Below, in pieces: positions 23,553 through 32,000 of a stretch of DNA of 32,000 bases. Position numbers and translations under genes: made by a program. Source of the stretch: Candidatus Thalassarchaeaceae archaeon (GTDB lineage: Archaea > Thermoplasmatota > Poseidoniia > Poseidoniales > Thalassarchaeaceae); NCBI GenBank assembly GCA_045568075.1, contig JBJLBP010000001.1, forward strand, positions 930,001-962,000, read 5' to 3'. Under the pieces are notes generated by a model. It was not told the origin of the DNA, searched no databases, and was given only the letters and a program-made list of their open reading frames with translations. Positions within the stretch are counted from its first letter, which is position 1; the number at the start of each line of letters is the position of its first letter.

Positions 23553-26063
23553 ATGGCTGTCCTAGGAGGTGTAAAGGAGATGGGCGGTCCTACCATTGAG
23601 GAGAAGCGTTGGTCCATTGACCTCGAAAAGAGGATTCAATCAGAGCATTATGCTGACCGTGAGGTCTACAATCGCCGTTACAGTTTCAAACCTAATTCTG
23701 GCAAGGAAATCTTCGTTGTAGATACTCCTCCTCCTTACCCAAGTGGAACTTGGCATATTGGTGCAGTGGCACAGTATTCAATGATCGATGTAATAGCCCG
23801 AAGTCAACGATTACTCGGCAAAGAAGTATTCTTCCCATGGGGGGTAGATCGTAATGGAATCAATATCGAATTTACCGTTGAGAAGAATACTGGGCGGAAG
23901 ATGAAGTCTTTCGATCGAGCCGAATTCCTCGATTTGTGTAAATCTACTATCGAGGAATATACCCAAGCGATGAGGGAGACTGCGGCACGAGTGGGGCTTT
24001 CTTGCGATTTCGAAAAAGAATATCTTACTGATTCGGATGAATATCGAGCGGTTACACAATCTATCTTCGTCGATTTATTCCGGCGGGGAGACATCGTTGA
24101 AGACCTCCGCCCGAATATCTACGATCCAGTAGAAGGTACAACAATTGCCGATGCCGAGGTCGAGCGCTTGCAGCGACGTACCAAATTGATTGACGTCCGT
24201 TGGACTACAGAGGCAGGAAAAGAAGTCGTTATTTCGACCACTCGCCCCGAACTGATCTGTGCTTGTGGAGTGGTCGTAGTCCACCCAGATGATGATCGTT
24301 ATAGCGAACTCGTTGGAGAAAAAATCCAACTTCCAATCGATACGAATGGTCGTTCGACGACGGTTGAAATCAAAACTCATCCTTCGGTCAAATCTGATTT
24401 CGGTTCGGGCGTTTTGATGGTATGTTCATTCGGAGATCAAAACGATGTTGCCATATTTAGAGAACTGGCCTTAACTCCCTTCCAGGCAATCGACCTAGAC
24501 GGAAGAATGACTGAAGTTGCAGGCCCATACGCTGGGCTCAAAGTAGCAGAAGCTAGAGAGAAGGTAATCGAGGACCTTGAGGCGGCGGGAAGAATAGTTG
24601 CAATGGTCGAAAAAGATCAGGAAGTGCCAGTAAGTGAACGTGGTAAGAACCCCGTCGAGATTATCCTACTAACAGAATGGTATGTCCGTCAAACTCACAT
24701 TCAAGGTAGGATGAAAGAACTGATCGAGGATATTGAATTCCACCCTCCTCGCAACAAACAATTTCTCATTGATTGGATGGATAACATCAGTATCGACTGG
24801 CCCATTAGTCGCCGTAGATGGTATCACACAGAGGTGCCTATATGGTATGCAGATGACGGTTCCAAAGTCATCACACCCCCTACTGGAATTTACGTCCAAC
24901 CATGGCGAGAAGACCCACCTGATGGTAGTCGCGTCCTAGATCGTAAAACTCGCGAAGATCTAGGTTCTTGGGAAGATCTGCGAGAGAACCTTGGCGAAGT
25001 CGTTGGTGAAGAGAAAGTATTCGATACTTGGATGGATTCCTCTAATTCAAATCTCTATGTCTCGGGTTATCTATCTCAACCCGAAGTTTTCGAGAAAGCC
25101 TTCCCAACTGGAATTAGACCCCAAGGAAAGGAAATTGTCCGAACTTGGCTTTACTACACTCTTCTCAAGAGCGCCTTACTCCTAGATTCACCCGGATTTA
25201 AGCACGTCTGGATCGATGGACTCGGTATGGATCCTTGGGGGCGAAAGATGTCGAAATCACTTGGAAATGGCATCGATGCTGATTCGGTTCTCGAATGTGG
25301 GGCAGGAGGCCGAACAGGCTCTTGGAAAGTTCGTGGCCCGGACAAGGTTGTCAATTTGCGAGCTAACAAAATTGGCTCGGAGTGCTTCCGATTGTGGAAG
25401 GCTTGTGATGCTCAAGTCGGCGATGATTTCCACATCAATCCCGAAGAGATTGAGCAGAAATACTTCGGCGTACTTACCAAGATGTTCAATGTAGCTCGCT
25501 TCGCCTCACAATTCCCTGTACCTGATGATCTCGATTCGATTCCTGATTCTCTTGAACCCGAGGATAAATGGATTCTTGCCGAGTTCAACCAAGTTCTTGC
25601 TCGAGTTGAAACCGCATGGTCAGAGATTGATATTTACACCGCAGCACAATCTCTGAAAAATTTCGCAACGGGTGTTCTGCCAAGCCACTGGCTCGAGATG
25701 GTAAAATCCCGATTATACGATGGCGATGAGGCTGCTGCGTGGACGATTCACAGGATAGTTCGTGATCTATTGGATGCATTCTCTCCGATTTGCCCTTTTT
25801 TCAGTCACCATATTTCTTCCACTCTTTACAAGCGCTCTGCAGTCGAAGCAGAATCATTCCCCATTCTACCGGCGGGAGCCGTTGATGATGGCGTTGAAGG
25901 TTGGCTATCAATCACCGATGCAGTGATGGAATTCAACTCTGAGGTGTGGAGGATCAAGAAGGAGCAAGGCCTTTCCTTGAATTCAGAATTAACAGGAATA
26001 GAAATTCCGAATGCCCTAGAAGCACTGAGTATTCCTTTGAGTCGAATGCACCGTTTGGTGTGA
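23553..26063 (+). CDS. valS: Valine--tRNA ligase (archaeal-size class Ia aaRS)
   Basis: 'VVDTPPPYPSGTWHIGAV' (HIGH region), 'FFPWGVDRNGINIE', 'DTWMDSS', 'KMSKSLGNGID' (KMSKS). The 836-aa length and the 'DTPPP' context favour ValRS over IleRS or LeuRS. Confidence 0.78.
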   Translation: MAVLGGVKEMGGPTIEEKRWSIDLEKRIQSEHYADREVYNRRYSFKPNSGKEIFVVDTPPPYPSGTWHIGAVAQYSMIDVIARSQRLLGKEVFFPWGVDRNGINIEFTVEKNTGRKMKSFDRAEFLDLCKSTIEEYTQAMRETAARVGLSCDFEKEYLTDSDEYRAVTQSIFVDLFRRGDIVEDLRPNIYDPVEGTTIADAEVERLQRRTKLIDVRWTTEAGKEVVISTTRPELICACGVVVVHPDDDRYSELVGEKIQLPIDTNGRSTTVEIKTHPSVKSDFGSGVLMVCSFGDQNDVAIFRELALTPFQAIDLDGRMTEVAGPYAGLKVAEAREKVIEDLEAAGRIVAMVEKDQEVPVSERGKNPVEIILLTEWYVRQTHIQGRMKELIEDIEFHPPRNKQFLIDWMDNISIDWPISRRRWYHTEVPIWYADDGSKVITPPTGIYVQPWREDPPDGSRVLDRKTREDLGSWEDLRENLGEVVGEEKVFDTWMDSSNSNLYVSGYLSQPEVFEKAFPTGIRPQGKEIVRTWLYYTLLKSALLLDSPGFKHVWIDGLGMDPWGRKMSKSLGNGIDADSVLECGAGGRTGSWKVRGPDKVVNLRANKIGSECFRLWKACDAQVGDDFHINPEEIEQKYFGVLTKMFNVARFASQFPVPDDLDSIPDSLEPEDKWILAEFNQVLARVETAWSEIDIYTAAQSLKNFATGVLPSHWLEMVKSRLYDGDEAAAWTIHRIVRDLLDAFSPICPFFSHHISSTLYKRSAVEAESFPILPAGAVDDGVEGWLSITDAVMEFNSEVWRIKKEQGLSLNSELTGIEIPNALEALSIPLSRMHRLV

Positions 26064-26064
26064 T

Positions 26065-26847
26065 TCAAAGTAAGAATGGCACCAATGCTTTTCGATCCTC
26101 TGGATATTCTTCAAATTCCTTCTTGTACCATTTGTGGTGGGCAAGTGCTCTAGGGGCGAGATTGCACGCCGTCCATATCGCAAAGGTAGCACCTGCAAGT
26201 GACCATGTAGCGATTGCCCACCCCGTCCATTCGATGATTTCTCCAAGATAATTTGGACAGGACACTTTTTCGAATAATCCTCCCTTCGGAATTTTGTATC
26301 CTGTTGAACCATCATCACGTAGAGCAAAGAGAATATTGTCTGATTTGATGTTGATGATCATACCGGTAAAGAAAATTATAGCACCAATAATGAATCGAGG
26401 ATCCATCAACCACTCGAGGCCATAATTTGGTGCTAACTCAAATAACCAAATTCCATTCAACCATGTGTTGACACCATTGAAGAATAGGCCCATGAAGACG
26501 ATACTAAGTGGCATCATCTTACCTGAAATACGAGCGCGTGTAGGCCAATCCCAAGCCCTGTTGATGTAGTGACCAGTCCACGCTGCCCAGAATAGCCAGA
26601 TTACAGGTTCTCTGTTTGAACCAAGTATAAGCATCACAGAAAGAAAGACGGCTGGAATCGTTTCCATAAGAACCCAACCAGTTCTGGCTGAAATCCTTAC
26701 ACCCCAACCCTTTCTTTCATGCCGTCCATAAGGCGCGCGGAAGAATAACAAAGTGACAAGAACTGCAATTGCGAGACCAATCCAAAATAACGATATCAAT
26801 CGATAATCCGATTCGCTGACAAATAGAAATTGCAGTTCTTGTCGCAT
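26065..26847 (-). CDS. Steroid 5-alpha-reductase / polyprenol-reductase family membrane oxidoreductase
   Basis: The C-terminal signature 'GGLFEKVSCPNYLGEIIEWTGWAI...NLAPRALAHHKWYKKEFEEYPEDRKALVPFLL' matches the 3-oxo-5-alpha-steroid 4-dehydrogenase domain. I prefer the ATG at 26847 (TGATG overlap with the upstream stop) over the TTG at 26880. Confidence 0.8.
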   Translation of the reverse strand: MRQELQFLFVSESDYRLISLFWIGLAIAVLVTLLFFRAPYGRHERKGWGVRISARTGWVLMETIPAVFLSVMLILGSNREPVIWLFWAAWTGHYINRAWDWPTRARISGKMMPLSIVFMGLFFNGVNTWLNGIWLFELAPNYGLEWLMDPRFIIGAIIFFTGMIINIKSDNILFALRDDGSTGYKIPKGGLFEKVSCPNYLGEIIEWTGWAIATWSLAGATFAIWTACNLAPRALAHHKWYKKEFEEYPEDRKALVPFLL

Positions 26848-27833
26848 CAGATCCTTACCTGTCCATGTTCCTTCAACCAATTAACTGAATCAAATATTGT
26901 TTGTTCGAGAGGTCTTGATTTGTGGTCAATTTGATCTCGAGCGAGGTCCCCTGGAATATCCCTGCACTGGACGGCAAGTGCATGAAGGCTCCCCTTGCTG
27001 AATGACGGTCTCTTGCCTGTGATTGAGGATGATAGGGCCGCGAAAGGCAGAGCAAGGTATGCAGTCCAGAATGGAAGTGTGGCAATGTGGGTTCTACGTC
27101 CAATTACTCCCTTCACCATTTGTGACAACTCAGGCATAGAAGCCCAGGTCCCTGGAAGCAAGTAGTGTTGACCATCTTTGCCGGAATCAACGCAATTTGC
27201 TGCACTGCGACAAACATCTCGGACATCAACCCAATTGAATCCATTATTGAGGGCGAAGGGCATTGATCCATTGGCGATGTCTGTCAAAACTTTACCCATT
27301 CTACTCGGCTTGAAATCTTGAGGGCCAATGATTCCTGTTGGGTGAACTATGTTGATGTGAAGGCCTTGTTCTCTGTGTGTGAGAACTGCTCTTTGGGCTT
27401 CGGCTTTGGTTCGGTCGTAGGGGGCGGTTTTTGGGTCGGTGACTAGCGGTCGGTCTTCTGTGAGGGTTTGATTTGTTGGATGTTGGCTAAAGGCATGAAC
27501 ACTCGAAAAATGAATCATCTTAGGGACCCCAGCTTCGACGGCGGCATTGGCTACAGCGGTGCTGCCGCCGACGTTGATTTTGCGCATTAGTTCTTCTTGG
27601 ACCTTCTCGACCGCGACGAATGCGGCTGAGTGGAAAACGACATCACAGTCCTCCATTAGTGGTTGCAATGATTTACTATCTAGAAGGTCTCCTTTGACAA
27701 GGTTCACGTCGAGATTTTCAAGAGCACGTATATCTGAACGCACAAGGCAGTCAACCTCGTATCCTCTGCCGAGTAGTTCTCTGACAAGATTGCCACCCAC
27801 GTGACCACTAGCTCCGGTCACGAACGCCCTCAT
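26847..27833 (-). CDS. Extended SDR, NAD(P)-dependent epimerase/dehydratase/3beta-HSD-type
   Basis: 'MRAFVTGASGHVGGNLVRELLGRGYEV' Rossmann motif and the catalytic 'YDRTKAEAQ' (YxxxK). Confidence 0.85.
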   Translation of the reverse strand: MRAFVTGASGHVGGNLVRELLGRGYEVDCLVRSDIRALENLDVNLVKGDLLDSKSLQPLMEDCDVVFHSAAFVAVEKVQEELMRKINVGGSTAVANAAVEAGVPKMIHFSSVHAFSQHPTNQTLTEDRPLVTDPKTAPYDRTKAEAQRAVLTHREQGLHINIVHPTGIIGPQDFKPSRMGKVLTDIANGSMPFALNNGFNWVDVRDVCRSAANCVDSGKDGQHYLLPGTWASMPELSQMVKGVIGRRTHIATLPFWTAYLALPFAALSSSITGKRPSFSKGSLHALAVQCRDIPGDLARDQIDHKSRPLEQTIFDSVNWLKEHGQVRI

Positions 27834-27871
27834 GGTAGCGTCTAATCGCGAGACAGGATGAATGTAACGGC

Positions 27872-28837
27872 TTAATTCAGTGCTGAATGTGGTCGTTCGC
27901 CTGCGAAATGATCGGTTAGGAGGGTTATCATCTCCTGCCCAATTCTGAACTGTGCCTCGGCTGTGGCTGCCCCGATATGGGGTGTTCCATGGAATGCAGG
28001 ATGTTGCAGTAGTGGATTATCACTAGGAGGTTCGATTTCAAACACGTCGAGTGCAGCCGAAGTCAATTTACCCGATTCAAGTGCAGATAGGATTGCGTCT
28101 TCATCAACTATACCTCCGCGAGCACAATTGACGATATGATTGCCACATTCGACACCGTCTGCTCCTATTCCCGGCATGGTGTCTAACCGTGTTTCGTTCA
28201 CTAGGTGATGAGTTTCCTCAGTAAGGTTACAGTGGATTGTTATGTGAGTGCACATTCTGAAAATAGCATCTACTTCTTGATGTAATGTACAACCGAACTG
28301 GCGGGCGATATCATCCGGAAGGTAAGGGTCGTAAGCATGACATTCCATCCCTAATGCTGAAGCTACGGTTGAGACACCCTGTGCAATCCGTCCGAAACCG
28401 ATGAATCCCAGCCGCTTTCCTGACAATTCAGTACCCTTCAGTTCCTTCTTTTCCCAAATGCCCTGCCGAAGCCCCCGGTCTCCTCGAGGAATGTGTCTAC
28501 ATGAGGCTAAGAGGTGACCGATGGTGAGTTCTACTACGCTGTGAGTCGAAGATCTTGGAGTGTTGCAAACGACAATACCTGCTTCAGATGCAGCTGCAAT
28601 ATCGATATTGTCAACGCCCACACCACCTCTGCCGATGAAAGTTAGATTGGGAGATTGGGCAATAACATCTTCACGCATTTTTGTTGCACTACGGACTACA
28701 ACTGCATCGAAATTTGCTAGTGCCCCCTCAAGTAATTCCTCTCGCGTGAAATGTTGTTCTGTTACATCGTGCCCCGCATCTCTTAGAGATTGAATGGCGC
28801 GTTGGTCCATTCCGTCGGTCACAGCGATTCTTGGCAT
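27872..28837 (-). CDS. D-isomer-specific 2-hydroxyacid dehydrogenase; short 3-phosphoglycerate-dehydrogenase-like form without an ACT domain
   Basis: 'GRGGVGVDNIDIAAASEAGIVVCNTP', 'LSGKRLGFIGFGRIAQ', 'NCARGGIVDEDAIL', 'AALDVFEIEPP', 'TPHIGAAT'. Confidence 0.85.
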   Translation of the reverse strand: MPRIAVTDGMDQRAIQSLRDAGHDVTEQHFTREELLEGALANFDAVVVRSATKMREDVIAQSPNLTFIGRGGVGVDNIDIAAASEAGIVVCNTPRSSTHSVVELTIGHLLASCRHIPRGDRGLRQGIWEKKELKGTELSGKRLGFIGFGRIAQGVSTVASALGMECHAYDPYLPDDIARQFGCTLHQEVDAIFRMCTHITIHCNLTEETHHLVNETRLDTMPGIGADGVECGNHIVNCARGGIVDEDAILSALESGKLTSAALDVFEIEPPSDNPLLQHPAFHGTPHIGAATAEAQFRIGQEMITLLTDHFAGERPHSALN

Positions 28838-28957
28838 GATACGTGGCAGCGACTGAACTGAGATGAAGATTTGTGAAGCCGCAGTTCAATCATGCACCTG
28901 GCGAAATGGAATTCAGATGAATTCGCTGTCGAGAGGTAGTCGACCACCGTTTGCTTC

Positions 28958-30076
28958 TTGACTGTGACAACGGCGGTTAAGTGCGTGGCAGTCGACATTG
29001 AGTCAATCGTTACTGCGATACTCATCCTCTTGTCCCCCCTTGTTCTTGCTATTCCACTCTCTTTGGGCTGGAAATGGTGGGTCGGCACTGAGCCCGAACA
29101 CGTACATTACCGGGAGAAGGTGCGAAGGGTTCTCGACGCTGGTCTTCCCCTCCGCCGATTTCGTAAGGAACTTGATGCAGAGGCAAGAATCGTCAACATC
29201 GATCCGGAGCGTCAATCTCGAATCGAAACCGACTTATTGTTCCCAATGAGAATCAAACACTTCTTGCTGATGCCCGGATTAGTTGTTTGGCCTTTACTGG
29301 GTTTAGTGGCTGCACTGTTGACAATTCCTCTGATGCCAATTCTACGTTTTTTCGAATGGCTATTGATTGAGAAAAGAGTTCTCCTTTGGATTGGCATCAC
29401 AGTTCAGAAGATTACACGTTGGGAGATAATTGGTATCCCGAGAGTTGAGGACGGAGTCAAAAACCCAGATCCAGTTCTCGCCTCAATTAATCGGATGCCA
29501 ATTACTGTCTTCCTCGGCTTATTCACATTCTTGATTGTAACTTACTTACCTCTCGATACTCGTGCGGTTCTGATGTTATCTAGCCTGTTTTACCTCATTC
29601 TTGTTGCATTCATTTCTGTCCTCAGGGCTGCAACACTGAGTACAATGGTTTTCGCAGATACAGGCACTCGTCGTCTGCTTCCAATGGGCACTTTCGTCGA
29701 GGATATGCTGGGTCCTTGGGTAGGGGTAGGTCTGATTTTCTTACTCTCTCGTCAGTTGTTTTACGGTACTGAGTTACGTAGCGGAGAAATGTTTGGCGAC
29801 CCAGTCTTATTTTCTCTGGCGGTGCTTCTTGTCCTCTATACCGCGACTATGATTGGAGTCGCAGTGGAAATTTCCTTTTTCAGGTCAAGAGCGGAGTATG
29901 TTCGAATTGAATTTCAAGATCAGATGATTCAGAAATTCAATCCACAATTATATCTCTTCACCAGAAATCTCGGAATGCTAAAGATTTCCCGCCTCATGAC
30001 TTTACGAGAGTGGGTAAATCGAGGAGAGAGGATTGAGTTGTCAGATTTGGAAGAACTCAAACGAAAGTCGCAGTAA
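28958..30076 (+). CDS. Hypothetical polytopic (~7 TM) membrane protein
   Basis: Long ORF with many hydrophobic helices. Only non-ATG starts are available near the 5' end (TTG 28958, GTG 28964). I recognised no family. Confidence 0.55.
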   Translation: MTVTTAVKCVAVDIESIVTAILILLSPLVLAIPLSLGWKWWVGTEPEHVHYREKVRRVLDAGLPLRRFRKELDAEARIVNIDPERQSRIETDLLFPMRIKHFLLMPGLVVWPLLGLVAALLTIPLMPILRFFEWLLIEKRVLLWIGITVQKITRWEIIGIPRVEDGVKNPDPVLASINRMPITVFLGLFTFLIVTYLPLDTRAVLMLSSLFYLILVAFISVLRAATLSTMVFADTGTRRLLPMGTFVEDMLGPWVGVGLIFLLSRQLFYGTELRSGEMFGDPVLFSLAVLLVLYTATMIGVAVEISFFRSRAEYVRIEFQDQMIQKFNPQLYLFTRNLGMLKISRLMTLREWVNRGERIELSDLEELKRKSQ

Positions 30077-30974
30077 TCGTGTTATCACTCGCTTCGATTG
30101 AGATTTCTCCATTTACATCTAGCTTGGTCGAGATTAAACAATAGGAAAGCCATGTATCCCCTAATCGGTGACTGCAAAGAATTTCTATCCTCTTCCCTTC
30201 AGAAAACCGGGACTTACCTTGTGGGATTTTTTCCTCTGATTTGAGACATCTTCCAACTCTTGCTTGTATGCCTCGCGACTCCATCCGTGCATGAATTTCC
30301 TGTCCTGGATAACATCCCTTTTTCAGATCGATAAGATTAGCGAATCCGAGTTCAAATGGAATGTGATTGGTAGATTCTACTGAGATGTCGATATTTCCAG
30401 TTAAACTCTGTAGAGCTAACCAACTGTCTGCATCACCTTGGCTTCCTCCGTTAGTCTCCAATCCTTCTTTGATCGACTGCAAGAGCCTAGTTGGGACAAG
30501 CATCTCAAACGCTGTGTATCCATCGGTTTGAGACGATAGAGAAATCATGGAATCAAAAAATTCAGTCCAGTGGCCCTTTTCAAGTTCATTTGCTACAATT
30601 CCTAGGCCAATAATTACCCTTCCTGGGTTTTTTCCTACGATGATTAACCGATGAACAGCACCATCGCCAGCACTGACTTGCACGTCCTCATTCCAAGGGA
30701 TCCCAGTAGAGAGAACATCTCGAATTTCTTTTGCATTCTCAGGGTTGTGGATCAGTAGAATTTGATCTCCAAGGTCTGCGTGGAGTATGTGTCCAACAAT
30801 CCGCCCATTAAGGTCACAAAGAATGGACTCTTCTCTTTTCATAAATTTGGACGAGATATCAATTGATGAGACTCTATTCAAATGGTCATGACAATTCTTG
30901 CCAGATAGGAGAGTAACTCCGCTTGGAATTTCGATATACTCTGCGAGGGGGTGAAGATTCTCGTCAAGTATCAA
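30057..30974 (-). CDS. ygfZ: YgfZ/Iba57-type folate-binding (GcvT-fold) Fe-S cluster assembly factor
   Basis: The signature 'KGCYPGQEIHARMESRG' matches the conserved KGC[YF]xGQE motif. The GcvT-like N-terminal half includes 'HLNRVSSIDI'. It lies 9 nt downstream of iscA. Confidence 0.8.
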   Translation of the reverse strand: MILDENLHPLAEYIEIPSGVTLLSGKNCHDHLNRVSSIDISSKFMKREESILCDLNGRIVGHILHADLGDQILLIHNPENAKEIRDVLSTGIPWNEDVQVSAGDGAVHRLIIVGKNPGRVIIGLGIVANELEKGHWTEFFDSMISLSSQTDGYTAFEMLVPTRLLQSIKEGLETNGGSQGDADSWLALQSLTGNIDISVESTNHIPFELGFANLIDLKKGCYPGQEIHARMESRGIQARVGRCLKSEEKIPQGKSRFSEGKRIEILCSHRLGDTWLSYCLISTKLDVNGEISIEASDNTITATFV

Positions 30975-30983
30975 GCGACCAAC

Positions 30984-31421
30984 TCAGCCGAATGACTGAC
31001 CGCAGCCACAGGCTCGATCTGCATTGGGATTATCCATATGGAATCCTCCACCCATCAGACTGTCACGGAAATCTAAGCGGAGTCCGTTCAGTAGAGTGCT
31101 ATCTTTATCGTGAATCATCACTGTTACTCCATTGATATCAAGGGTCTGAAATCCATCATTATCTGGCTTCTCGACGATTACCATGTCGTAGAGGTAGCCA
31201 GAGCACCCTCCAGCCTTTGCACTAATGATGAGGACGTGTGTATCGTTTTGTTCACCGATTGCGGCGAGAACCGCCTTTCGAGCAGAATCAGAAACTTCGA
31301 TTTTGACATCGACTACTTCGACAGCAGTCGCAATAGGAAGGGAGAAGCCCGAACCGTCGAGAAGACCCACATCTATAGCCCCGTCAAGGTGATATATCAA
31401 TGATTCCAGTTTAGACAACAT
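30984..31421 (-). CDS. iscA: IscA/HesB/ErpA-type Fe-S cluster insertion protein
   Basis: 'ISAKAGGCSGYLYDM' and the C-terminal 'NPNADRACGCGQSFG' give the C-x(n)-C-G-C ligand pattern. The N-terminal ~35-aa extension may be shorter if translation starts at the in-frame GTG at 31370. Confidence 0.85.
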   Translation of the reverse strand: MLSKLESLIYHLDGAIDVGLLDGSGFSLPIATAVEVVDVKIEVSDSARKAVLAAIGEQNDTHVLIISAKAGGCSGYLYDMVIVEKPDNDGFQTLDINGVTVMIHDKDSTLLNGLRLDFRDSLMGGGFHMDNPNADRACGCGQSFG

Positions 31422-32000
31422 GTCAGGTCAATCCCACACAGTGAATTCGACTGGGCATTCTGTGGAGGGAGTTCGAGAGTCCGATGTGGTCCGCCTTGAG
31501 GGTGAATCGGTGATGAGAATCAACGATTCGCTGGCAATTGAGGCACCACTAACTGTTGAACTGGTAATAGGCGATTCAAATCACTCATTGGGGTTGACAA
31601 TGAGGACTCCAGGCGATGATGAAGACCTAATCGTCGGCATGCTCTATTCTGAATCTATTATTGATGGAGTTGAGGATATTCTCTCAGTTGAGATAAACTC
31701 TGAAGGTGCAACGGTTCAGTTGTCAGATAATGTCTGCTTCGACATTAATGAACACGCCCGCAGCACCACGAAAACAGCAGCATGTGGAGTCTGTGGTAAA
31801 AAATCACTGAACAATCTTAGGCATTTCCATGGACCACCTCTTTCCGAAGATATTCACATCACTCGCTCAATAATTTCCTCGAATTCTGCTTCTTCAAAAG
31901 CCGCTCAAACTATGTTTTCCAAAACCGGTGGATCTCACGCAGCGGCAGCATTCACCGAGCAAGGTCAATTGATTTGCATCAGAGAAGATGTTGGGAGGCA
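31420..32000 (+). CDS. fdhD: FdhD sulfurtransferase (formate dehydrogenase / Mo-bisPGD accessory protein), 3' end beyond the window
   Basis: Absent from the ORF track because no stop lies in the window. My translation includes 'LAIEAPLTVEL', 'LTMRTPGDDEDLIVGMLYSESII', 'TAACGVCGKKSL', 'TGGSHAAAAF' and 'IREDVGR', which are the FdhD blocks. Confidence 0.85.
   Translation, partial: MSGQSHTVNSTGHSVEGVRESDVVRLEGESVMRINDSLAIEAPLTVELVIGDSNHSLGLTMRTPGDDEDLIVGMLYSESIIDGVEDILSVEINSEGATVQLSDNVCFDINEHARSTTKTAACGVCGKKSLNNLRHFHGPPLSEDIHITRSIISSNSASSKAAQTMFSKTGGSHAAAAFTEQGQLICIREDVGR

Noticed and set aside
1-32000. Search for CRISPR repeats, IS or transposase genes, integrases, toxin-antitoxin pairs and classic defence genes
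   Set aside because: I saw no regularly spaced direct repeats, no DDE, tyrosine- or serine-recombinase motifs, and no restriction or Cas-like proteins. The EVE-domain protein is stand-alone with no nuclease fused, so I do not call a defence system.

Overview
Densely packed chromosomal window: about 30 protein genes, one SRP RNA, and spacers that are short or overlapping. I saw no CRISPR array, transposase, integrase, rRNA or tRNA. The gene content looks archaeal. It includes a tRNA-splicing endonuclease with the Tyr/His/Lys catalytic block, a geranylgeranyl reductase, a 7S/SRP RNA with GNAR tetraloops on both helix 6 and helix 8, and a CcmE carrying the archaeal CxxxY motif instead of HxxxY. 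These sit among bacterial-looking respiratory and housekeeping genes (pntB, class-2 pyrD, MqnC/MqnE-type radical SAM, pepP, topA, valS, iscA-ygfZ, fdhD) and several exported or anchored proteins (M6 metalloprotease, PKD protein, Reeler-like protein). By inference only, this fits an uncultured marine heterotrophic Thermoplasmatota-like (MGII/Poseidoniales-type) archaeon. There is no obvious defence or mobile island. The items most worth a second look are: (1) a TatC homologue with a ~140-aa Cys-rich C-terminal extension, translationally coupled to a Reeler-like exported protein with a CxCH motif; (2) a stand-alone CxxxY CcmE next to the unannotated SRP RNA; (3) a start/stop-overlapped pair of a 3beta-HSD-like SDR and a steroid-5alpha-reductase-like membrane reductase; (4) an MMPL-EVE-DUF1028-microprotein operon; (5) a topoisomerase I whose C-terminus is three tandem helical repeats instead of Zn ribbons; (6) a ~65-bp alternating (CG/TG)n GC-rich element upstream of topA. 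All functional calls come from reading motifs by eye. No database search was possible.
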